From a virus (Duplodnaviria > Caudoviricetes), in the IMG/VR virus record IMGVR_UViG_3300011337_000071, positions 1 through 31,487 of that record: 31,487 nucleotides of DNA; one strand, given 5' to 3'. Below are positions 18,037 through 24,333 of this stretch, piece by piece. The notes beneath the pieces are model-generated. The model worked only from the letters and a program-made list of their open reading frames with translations. It was not told the DNA's origin and ran no database searches. The position numbers were made by a program, and so were the translations under genes. Every line of letters begins with the position of its first letter. Within the stretch, counting starts at the first letter, position 1.

Positions 18037-18834
18037 ATGTACTACCTCAATGCTTTCAACGAGATGCTCCGCAAGCGTCAATCGCAAAACAACATGATGG
18101 GTGGCGGTGGGTATCAAGGCGTCGGTTCTACCCCGCCATCTGGCCCACTCGGGCTAGGCCCGGCGCAGGATCGGTCTTCTTGGCGGGATGCGATCAATAG
18201 TATGTCGCCTATGTCGCAGTTTGCTGTGGGTATGCTGCCCGGTGTTGGTACGGCGTTTAACATTGGTAGGTTGGCTAACGCAGGTCTGTCTGCTTACGAG
18301 GCTTCGCAGCTTGCGCCAAGCCGGGACGCCAGAGAACGATCTCAAGATCAATTTAGGGCCTTTGAGATAGCAGACATGAATGCGCCAGAGTACGGCCCTT
18401 ATGCTGATGACAGCGGCGATAGGTTGTCCTTTAACGCGCCCGTTAGTTCGCCGGTATCGCAGTCATCATTTACTGGTGAGGCTTTGGCTCCTATGGCTCC
18501 CGAGGCAATAAGTTCGCCAGTAGCACGGTCAGGCATTACCGGTGAATCCTTGGCTCCTATGGCTGGTGATTTCGGTGGCCGTGCTGGTGGCGCTGGTGGT
18601 GCATTTGGTGGTGGCGTCGGCACAGGTGATTTCGGCGGTAGTCCTGCTGATGCCGCTGATATGGGCTACGCTCACGGCGGCATGGTTCACGCCCAGCATC
18701 TCAAAGGCCGCGCTCCTGCTCCAGATGACGGCTACGGGGCGCTACAGGGCGGCGAATACGTCATCACCAAGGCGGCGGTGGAGAAGTACGGCAAGCGTCT
18801 TTTGGACGCAATTAACAACGGGACATTCAGATGA
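18037..18834 (+). CDS. Low-complexity protein with C-terminal YAHGG...GEYVI...LLDAIN module
   Basis: 265 aa with AGGA SD. The C-terminal module resembles that of phage tape-measure/internal proteins. Confidence 0.65.
   Translation: MYYLNAFNEMLRKRQSQNNMMGGGGYQGVGSTPPSGPLGLGPAQDRSSWRDAINSMSPMSQFAVGMLPGVGTAFNIGRLANAGLSAYEASQLAPSRDARERSQDQFRAFEIADMNAPEYGPYADDSGDRLSFNAPVSSPVSQSSFTGEALAPMAPEAISSPVARSGITGESLAPMAGDFGGRAGGAGGAFGGGVGTGDFGGSPADAADMGYAHGGMVHAQHLKGRAPAPDDGYGALQGGEYVITKAAVEKYGKRLLDAINNGTFR
18445..18564 (+). repeat. Imperfect intragenic duplication with 66-bp period
   Basis: 18445-18498 vs 18511-18564 encode SSPVSQSSFTGEALAPMA and SSPVARSGITGESLAPMA. Confidence 0.8.
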
Positions 18835-19085
18835 CCGACGATGATTTCAAACGCCTTGAGAACAAAGTGGACAAGCTGACAGACGCCGTTAGCAAGTTGA
18901 TTTTGTTTGAGGAAAGGCAAGCTACCCAGGGTGAACGCATTGGTAGCGTAGAGGTCAAGATTGGCATCCACGATGCTACCCTGCTGCGAGTAGACCGCAA
19001 GATCGACCAGTGGGTTAACAGAGGCGTTGGTGTATGGGCGGCTGCTGCGGTGGTGTTTAGTCTTGTTCAATTCTGGAAGAAATAA
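18831..19085 (+). CDS. Coiled-coil plus C-terminal TM protein (XhlA-like, lysis-associated)
   Basis: 84 aa, RLENKVDKLTDAVSKL coiled coil, C-terminal hydrophobic helix then KK. Confidence 0.65.
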   Translation: MTDDDFKRLENKVDKLTDAVSKLILFEERQATQGERIGSVEVKIGIHDATLLRVDRKIDQWVNRGVGVWAAAAVVFSLVQFWKK

Positions 19086-19087
19086 CA

Positions 19088-19954
19088 ATGTTAAAACCTA
19101 GACGGTATAAAAGAGTTACGCCTGTTTCTAGTAGTGGAGCTCCGTCAACTGTCACCTACTTGGTGGTTGCTGGTGGCGGTGGCGGTGGTGGAAGGATTGC
19201 GTCAAATTCTTACGGCGGCGGTGGTGGCGGTGCTGGTGGTTATAGAACGGCATCTGGATTTGCAGTTACTGCCGGTACGCCGTTGACAGTTACTGTTGGC
19301 ACAGGTGGCACGGGTACTGCGGGTGCAATTGGTACAGCCGGTTTAGATTCTGTATTTAGCACGATTACATCAACGGGCGGCGGCGCTGGTGCTTTGGGTT
19401 CATTGGCTGCTGGCGCTGGCGGCAATGGCGGCTCTGGTGGTGGTGGCACATTCTTGGGGGCGGCTGGCACTGGAGTTGCTGGTCAAGGCTTCAAAGGCGG
19501 CACAGACGCAACTGGCGCGGGAGGGGGATCGCCGGGAGGTGGTGGCGCATCTGCTCAAGGCGTTGATGGGTCAACGGCTAACGGCACTGCTGGTGGCGCG
19601 GGTTCAGCTTCTAGCATCACGGGCAGTTCTGTCACTTACGCTGGTGGCGGTGGTGGTGGCGGTTATGCGGCTGGCATTGGTGGCGCTGGCGGTTCTGGTA
19701 TTGGTGGTGCTGGTGGCAGCGGGGGAATAGCTGGCAACAGCGCAAACCCAAATACTGGCGGCGGTGGTGGCGGTGCTGGTGGCAGTGGCGCTGGTATTGC
19801 ATTGGCTGGGGGCAATGGCGGTTCTGGCATTGTGGTTATCAGTTACCCAAACACGTTTGCTGCTGCCGCATCTACCACTGGCGCTCCAACCATTACTGAT
19901 GTTGGTGGCAATCGCATTTACACCTTTACCGGCTCTGGCTCAATAACTTTTTAA
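19088..19954 (+). CDS. Glycine-rich domain protein (polyglycine-II type, putative adhesin/tail component)
   Basis: YLVVAGGGGGG, GGGGAGGYRT, NTGGGGGG and GGSGIVVISY motifs. Confidence 0.75.
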   Translation: MLKPRRYKRVTPVSSSGAPSTVTYLVVAGGGGGGGRIASNSYGGGGGGAGGYRTASGFAVTAGTPLTVTVGTGGTGTAGAIGTAGLDSVFSTITSTGGGAGALGSLAAGAGGNGGSGGGGTFLGAAGTGVAGQGFKGGTDATGAGGGSPGGGGASAQGVDGSTANGTAGGAGSASSITGSSVTYAGGGGGGGYAAGIGGAGGSGIGGAGGSGGIAGNSANPNTGGGGGGAGGSGAGIALAGGNGGSGIVVISYPNTFAAAASTTGAPTITDVGGNRIYTFTGSGSITF

Positions 19955-19955
19955 G

Positions 19956-20396
19956 ATGACCCCGCACTTCAGTCTGGAAGAGTTCACCGCCAGCGACACG
20001 GCGGCGCGGCTAGGCATTGACAACGATCTGCCAATTGAATTGCGGGAAAACGCACTGAAGACGCTGGAAATGATGGAGCGAATCAGGTTCCACATTGACG
20101 CACCAATCACAATCACATCAGGATACCGCTGCGAGGCTCTAAACAAAGCTGTGGGCAGCAAACCAGGGTCAGACCATACATTGGCCTTCGCTGTTGACTT
20201 CAAGGCTCCTAGGGCCGGTACGCCATTCCAGATAGCTGCCAGCCTTGCGCCTGTTTTCAAGATCATTGGCATTGGTCAACTCATTCTAGAGTTTGGCACT
20301 TGGGTCCATGTCAGCACTCGCATCCCCGACAAGGTTATCAACCGCATCATCACTATTGACAAGACCGAAACAAGGGCAGGCATATGGATCCCATAA
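19956..20396 (+). CDS. Endolysin, peptidase M15A (Zn peptidoglycan peptidase)
   Basis: TPHFSLEEF, ITSGYRC..LN..VG....S.H...AVD and WVHVS motifs. Confidence 0.88.
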   Translation: MTPHFSLEEFTASDTAARLGIDNDLPIELRENALKTLEMMERIRFHIDAPITITSGYRCEALNKAVGSKPGSDHTLAFAVDFKAPRAGTPFQIAASLAPVFKIIGIGQLILEFGTWVHVSTRIPDKVINRIITIDKTETRAGIWIP

Positions 20397-20806
20397 CAAT
20401 CCTTCTCGGCATCGGCTCCAAGGTCATTGACAAGATCTGGCCGGATCCTGTGCAACGTGATGCTGCCAAGTTGGAACTGCTCAAACTACAGCAATCTGGC
20501 GAACTGGCTCAGTTGACTGCCGACACCAACCTGATGATCGAACAGATCAAAGTTAACCAGGCCGAGGCGCAGAACCCTAGTCTGTTTGTGAGTGGCTGGA
20601 GGCCAGGGGTAGGGTGGATATGCGTTGCTGCTTGCGGTTGGAACTGGATTGGCCTGCCGGTTGTCAAGCTGGCGCTGGAAATCTACGGCCATCCAATCAA
20701 CCTAGCCCCGGCAGACCTTACTGAAATGCTGCCTGTGCTGATGGGTATGCTTGGGCTAGGTGGCCTCCGCACCATCGAAAAGCTACAGGGCCGCGCTGCG
20801 AAGTAG
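20384..20806 (+). CDS. Holin (GTA holin 3TM family)
   Basis: KVIDKIWPDP, SLFVSGWRPGVGWIC, GMLGLGGLRTIEK; adjacent to the endolysin. Confidence 0.85.
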   Translation: MDPITILLGIGSKVIDKIWPDPVQRDAAKLELLKLQQSGELAQLTADTNLMIEQIKVNQAEAQNPSLFVSGWRPGVGWICVAACGWNWIGLPVVKLALEIYGHPINLAPADLTEMLPVLMGMLGLGGLRTIEKLQGRAAK

Positions 20807-20941
20807 CTGCATTGCATCCCGCAAGTCTTGCCGCAGCTGCTCAAGAGCCTCCTGCTGCGCCTGAAGACGGATGTAGGCGTCCAGGGCAAACTTGTCCAAC
20901 GTCTGACGCTCCCAGGCTGCAAAGTTAGGCAGATCGTTCAA
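20783..20941 (-). CDS. 52-aa coiled-coil hypothetical protein
   Basis: Hand-translated from TTG: MNDLPNFAAWERQTLDKFALDAYIRLQAQQEALEQLRQDLRDAMQLLRSAAL. AAGGA SD; overlaps the holin 3' end. Confidence 0.6.
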   Translation of the reverse strand: MNDLPNFAAWERQTLDKFALDAYIRLQAQQEALEQLRQDLRDAMQLLRSAAL

Positions 20942-21104
20942 TCTGGTTCCTTATCCATTGTGGCCCACCCAACTGCATCAACTTGATGCGCTGGCTTTGC
21001 GTCAATTTTATGGTGTACATCACGGTTAGCTTTTCAACAGGCTGTTCCTTTCGCTGCTTGATTTCTTGCTCAATCCTCTCGAACTCATCGTCTTCAGTGA
21101 TCAT
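20925..21104 (-). CDS. 59-aa protein, possible ribbon-helix-helix-like DNA binder
   Basis: Hand-translated: MITEDDEFERIEQEIKQRKEQPVEKLTVMYTIKLTQSQRIKLMQLGGPQWIRNQIERSA. TAAGGAG SD. Confidence 0.6.
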   Translation of the reverse strand: MITEDDEFERIEQEIKQRKEQPVEKLTVMYTIKLTQSQRIKLMQLGGPQWIRNQIERSA

Positions 21105-21368
21105 TTTTGCTCCTTAGTTTGGCTTCAATGGCTCGGGCAAATTCCATCAGTGGGCCGTCGTAATCAGCAGGGATAATGCTTGGCATCATGTTCAGGATTT
21201 CGCTGGCGGATAGCTCTTTGCGCTGGGGTGGGGCGGGTGGAGTAACGACGATGGGTGTAGTCTTAGCCGCATTTCGCAAAAGTCGTAGCCCCGCTTAACG
21301 CACAACTCACATAGCTTTTTACACGCCACCGGCTCGGCTTGCTGCTTCATTACTTCTCTGTTAGTCAT
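21094..21368 (-). pseudogene. Modular accessory gene broken by an apparent 1-nt frameshift (or a sequencing error)
   Basis: ATG 21368 (ATGA-coupled) reads MTNREVMKQQAEPVACKKLCELCVKRGYDFC then leaves frame. The -1 frame continues NAAKTTPIVVTPPAPPQRK...EFARAIEAKL to 21094. The span is 275 nt, one short of a multiple of 3. Confidence 0.6.
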
Positions 21369-21811
21369 GGTTGCTCCTTTATGTTGTGGGCGGTTTCAAT
21401 GGCTGCTTTCATTTCTTCAAACGTGGGTTGAAGCTCTCCGCATGACGCTGTATTGAGCGCAATCATTGCTTTATGCACTATCTCATCCGTCAGCGGCTTG
21501 CGCTGGGGTGGGGTTGAGGCAATTTCGTCCAAAGCCTCTGAGTAAGACTCATAGTCATCGTCATAAAGGTTGTTTCGCAAAAATCGATCAAGCATGTCGT
21601 AGGATTCGCTTTTGCATACAGCCCTGTGTGCTTGCTGTGTTTGTAAGTGCATTAGCTTGAGTTGCAGTGATTCAATGTACTGGCGAATATCCTCAATAAA
21701 CTCTGGGTTTACGTGATGGTTCCACTGCGCTGTTTCCACAGAATACGCGCCGTCTGCGTAGAACTTGCAGAATTGTTGTGCTTGGTCAATGCGTTTCAGA
21801 ATGTCCATCAT
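21365..21811 (-). CDS. Hypothetical modular accessory protein
   Basis: 148 aa, ends PPQRKPLTDE...IETAHNIKEQP. ATGA-coupled. Confidence 0.7.
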   Translation of the reverse strand: MMDILKRIDQAQQFCKFYADGAYSVETAQWNHHVNPEFIEDIRQYIESLQLKLMHLQTQQAHRAVCKSESYDMLDRFLRNNLYDDDYESYSEALDEIASTPPQRKPLTDEIVHKAMIALNTASCGELQPTFEEMKAAIETAHNIKEQP

Positions 21812-22098
21812 GTGTTGTCTTTCAATGCGTAAAGTGATCGTGCGCGATCTGGGTGCATTCCATTTATTACTTCTCCGTTAGAGCAACTCCACGAACCATC
21901 TGGATAATGGTATTGATACTCAACCGGGTTCGGGTTATATGGAGATTCATAAGGCTCCTTCACCGGCTCGGCTTGCTGCTGCTCCAGCGCGGTGCGTAGG
22001 GCTTTGATGGAATGCCTTGCGTAGTCGGGCATCGGCGTGAGGTGCCAACTTTCTTTTAACGCCTCCAGCGCCTGCTGCATTACTTCTCTATTGCTCAT
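21808..22098 (-). CDS. Hypothetical modular accessory protein
   Basis: 96 aa, MSNREVMQQALEAL...QAEPV. ATGA-coupled. Confidence 0.7.
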   Translation of the reverse strand: MSNREVMQQALEALKESWHLTPMPDYARHSIKALRTALEQQQAEPVKEPYESPYNPNPVEYQYHYPDGSWSCSNGEVINGMHPDRARSLYALKDNT

Positions 22099-22292
22099 GG
22101 TTGCTCCTTTATGTTGTGGGCGCGTTCAATGGCACGGGCAAACTCTTCAATACCTTCGCCTTCTGTTAACGATCTCCAAATTTTATGCACTTGTTTTTCA
22201 CTCAACGGCTTGCGCTCTGCTGCTCTCTTGCCATCGGCAAACCCACGCTGGTACACAATTAACAGCGTGTCTGCTTCGTCGTTGTGTGTCAT
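22095..22292 (-). CDS. Hypothetical modular accessory protein
   Basis: 65 aa, YQRGFADGK...RKPLSE...EFARAIERAHNIKEQP. Confidence 0.7.
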   Translation of the reverse strand: MTHNDEADTLLIVYQRGFADGKRAAERKPLSEKQVHKIWRSLTEGEGIEEFARAIERAHNIKEQP

Positions 22293-22609
22293 TACAACCC
22301 CTCATCAGCCAGTGCTTCGGCCATCAGCAAAAAAAACACATAGCGATCATTTGGCGACAGCGTGTACAAATCCCCGTCAGTGTGAAGCAACAACTTGGAA
22401 AACCAGCAAGTTTCTACCAACGGCAGGCCAAGCGCATGGTTTCGCAGCGCCGTACTGATCGGGCCGTACTGAAGATGCGCGTCATCCGGGTGGATGCGGT
22501 AGTTGTACAGGTCATCAACTGTTCTCACAGCAATTGCTGATACCCATTTGCATTGGTAAAAAACGTCAATCCTCGCCCCACGGGCGGCAGCGTGTAACAG
22601 GCGGCTCAT
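22292..22609 (-). CDS. Hypothetical protein
   Basis: 105 aa, overlapping start/stop at both ends. Confidence 0.7.
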   Translation of the reverse strand: MSRLLHAAARGARIDVFYQCKWVSAIAVRTVDDLYNYRIHPDDAHLQYGPISTALRNHALGLPLVETCWFSKLLLHTDGDLYTLSPNDRYVFFLLMAEALADEGL

Positions 22610-22728
22610 AGCAGATACCCCGCCAAGAAAAATAACGCCGCCATCGCAAGCAACGTCAGGACAATCGCCAAGGCGGTGTCAAGCCAACCATAGGCAAACA
22701 AAAACTTGTCTTCGTCATCGTCTTTCAT
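22606..22728 (-). CDS. 40-aa single-TM membrane peptide
   Basis: MKDDDEDKFLFAYGWLDTALAIVLTLLAMAALFFLAGYLL. ATG 22728 overlaps the upstream stop (ATGA), with AAGGA SD. Confidence 0.65.
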   Translation of the reverse strand: MKDDDEDKFLFAYGWLDTALAIVLTLLAMAALFFLAGYLL

Positions 22729-22964
22729 GTCGTTGTCCTTTCTGCTTTTGCTATTGCTGCACGGGAAATGTTCCGCGAGAACGCGCAAGCTGTTGCGGTT
22801 TCAATCTGCTCCAAAGCCGCCAGCAACTCCTGATTGCTCTCATGCAACCGGCGCAGTTCGTCGGCGGCTTGCTCGTCGATGCCTGTATGCGTAACGCTCA
22901 TGTCGTAATCGCGGTAGTAGTCCAGCGCAGCAGCCAGCCGCAAGGCTTCTGGTTGTGTTGTCAT
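22725..22964 (-). CDS. Hypothetical protein
   Basis: 79 aa, QPEALRLA...AADELRRLH...ELLAALE, a common phage accessory pattern. Confidence 0.7.
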   Translation of the reverse strand: MTTQPEALRLAAALDYYRDYDMSVTHTGIDEQAADELRRLHESNQELLAALEQIETATACAFSRNISRAAIAKAERTTT

Positions 22965-23161
22965 TTCTGTTCCCTCGCTTTCAGCATGGCGTCTGCCATT
23001 CGGTAGCAGTTTTTTGCAGTTTCATCTGTGGTGTCGTACGGCTTAGTAAGAAAGCCATGTTGCTCCAGTGCCTTCGCAGCAAAGTAATCGCGCAGGGTCA
23101 TGCCGGTTGAGCGCCCGTCATAGAAGTGCGCTGGAAACGCTGGGCCTCCTGTGTTACTCAT
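22961..23161 (-). CDS. Conserved phage accessory protein (GMTLRDYFAAKA family)
   Basis: NTGGPAFP...GMTLRDYFAAKAL...ADAMLKARE. Confidence 0.8.
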   Translation of the reverse strand: MSNTGGPAFPAHFYDGRSTGMTLRDYFAAKALEQHGFLTKPYDTTDETAKNCYRMADAMLKAREQK

Positions 23162-23250
23162 AGCGGACTCTCCTCGTAGTTATCAGGGTTAAACGGCATC
23201 GGCGGGATAGGCCGGTTTGGGGGTAGCTGGGTCGGGAAGGGCCATGTCAT
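23158..23250 (-). CDS. 30-aa proline-rich peptide (WPFP type)
   Basis: Hand-translated MTWPFPTQLPPNRPIPPMPFNPDNYEESPL. ATGA overlaps on both sides. Confidence 0.65.
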   Translation of the reverse strand: MTWPFPTQLPPNRPIPPMPFNPDNYEESPL

Positions 23251-23525
23251 GTCGTTCCCCTTTCTCGGATGGCGTTTGCAACGATGTTTAACCACGTTGC
23301 CGTTACATCGTTTTCGGTGTCGTATTCCTCACACACCTTCGCGCAAGCCTCACGTTCAGCCACCACTCCAGCCTCGTAGCCACAGCGGTAAGCCTCGGCC
23401 AGCGCAACTTCTGCTTTGTGTGCGGCAACAAGGCTGGCAAATGCTTGAATGGCAGTTTCCTGTTCGTCGTAATACGGTTGCAGCCCAGACTGCCGCGCCA
23501 TTCGGATGATGTCGTTTTTGGTCAT
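23247..23525 (-). CDS. Conserved phage accessory protein (AEREACAK family)
   Basis: DIIRMARQSG...AEREACAKVCE...ANAIRERG. Confidence 0.78.
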   Translation of the reverse strand: MTKNDIIRMARQSGLQPYYDEQETAIQAFASLVAAHKAEVALAEAYRCGYEAGVVAEREACAKVCEEYDTENDVTATWLNIVANAIRERGTT

Positions 23526-23788
23526 GTCTTGATCCCCTTCGACGGCAGACTGAACGCCCTCAAGCTACCTTCTCTCGGCACTTGCTGCGTATAGTCACCG
23601 TCACCCGTGCGGTATGTCCCCCGCTGCCACAGGTCGTTCTCTGGTGCTTTGACTTCACCCGGCAGCTTGGAGCGCTCGGTGTACTCGCCCATGATCTTCT
23701 TTGTTTTTTGTTGCAACTCAAGGCCAGCACTCCTAACCATATGGCTAGGCGCTCTGTTAACCCGTATTTCTTCCAATATGCTACTCAT
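23522..23788 (-). CDS. Hypothetical protein
   Basis: 88 aa, ends REGSLRAFSLPSKG. ATGA-coupled. Confidence 0.7.
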   Translation of the reverse strand: MSSILEEIRVNRAPSHMVRSAGLELQQKTKKIMGEYTERSKLPGEVKAPENDLWQRGTYRTGDGDYTQQVPREGSLRAFSLPSKGIKT

Positions 23789-23985
23789 ACTGTTTTCTCC
23801 GCATCAGACAGAAACTTACGTAGGCGTTTAATCCTGGCGTCCTCATAACTCACCACGCTGCTGGCGTATTCCATAGCACTGTGGGCTTCCAGCCGGTGCA
23901 GTTCAGCGTCAGCCAGTTCGGCTGCTGCCATCTCAACTGGCGTGAGCCGCCTAGCCATCCTCTTGAGTTGTTGCGTGATAGTCAT
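23785..23985 (-). CDS. Hypothetical helical protein
   Basis: 66 aa, ATGA-coupled. Confidence 0.7.
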   Translation of the reverse strand: MTITQQLKRMARRLTPVEMAAAELADAELHRLEAHSAMEYASSVVSYEDARIKRLRKFLSDAEKTV

Positions 23986-24170
23986 GGTCTTTTTCCTTCT
24001 TTTAGTATTTCCATCCGTTCCCGGCTGGCGCGTAATGTGCAGTAGCGTTGGTGGATACGCTCCAGCATGGACACTCTGCGGTGCTTTAATCTTTCCTCGT
24101 CCAGCAAAGCCAACAGATCAGCCTCACTGTAGTTGGGCAGGTTACTTTGAAATTTTCTCCAAGTCAGCAA
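23982..24170 (-). CDS. Hypothetical helical protein
   Basis: 62 aa from TTG, RRVSMLERIHQRY..LRASRER. Confidence 0.65.
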   Translation of the reverse strand: MLTWRKFQSNLPNYSEADLLALLDEERLKHRRVSMLERIHQRYCTLRASRERMEILKEGKRP

Positions 24171-24306
24171 TTCTCTTCTCCAGTTCGGTGATATGGGCAG
24201 TCACCTTGTTATAGGCCCGTGACGCACTGTTATGCGTCCGGGTGCGGATTGCAAGTTCGGCCTGTGCGGCCCTCAACTTAGCTTTGAGTTGGGTAAGTCG
24301 GTTCAT
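24142..24306 (-). CDS. 54-aa basic coiled-coil protein
   Basis: Hand-translated MNRLTQLKAKLRAAQAELAIRTRTHNSASRAYNKVTAHITELEKRIADLEKISK. Confidence 0.6.
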   Translation of the reverse strand: MNRLTQLKAKLRAAQAELAIRTRTHNSASRAYNKVTAHITELEKRIADLEKISK

Positions 24307-24313
24307 GTCAAGA

Positions 24314-24322
24314 AGTTTAGCA
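24314..24322 (-). promoter_or_regulatory. Putative extended -10 promoter giving a leaderless mRNA
   Basis: Minus strand TGcTAAACT, then 7 nt, then ATG at 24306; no SD. Confidence 0.4.
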
Positions 24323-24333
24323 CAAGTAGTTTG

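Larger units (their letters stand above)
21327..22133. repeat. Dispersed direct repeats at gene-module boundaries
   Basis: 21342-21403 vs 22072-22133 (62 bp, 6 mismatches); 21327-21346 = 21961-21980 (20 bp exact); 21218-21233 = 21498-21513 (16 bp exact); 21124-21144 vs 22125-22145 (2 mismatches). Confidence 0.85.

Noticed and set aside
19160-19830. GGY-rich DNA as a tandem repeat element
   Set aside because: Explained by glycine codons of the glycine-rich protein.
21314-21322. AAA AAG as a programmed -1 frameshift site rescuing the broken gene
   Set aside because: The -1 frame hits TGA and TAA stops before reaching the downstream ORF, so a shift there cannot join the halves.
21094-22300. 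Repeats as a CRISPR array or DGR template/variable pair
   Set aside because: Spacing is irregular, the repeats are coding, mismatches are not confined to adenines, and no reverse transcriptase is present.
22037-22540. 167-aa and 115-aa plus-strand ORFs over the accessory array
   Set aside because: Antisense to a well-coupled minus-strand gene chain; no SD or motifs.
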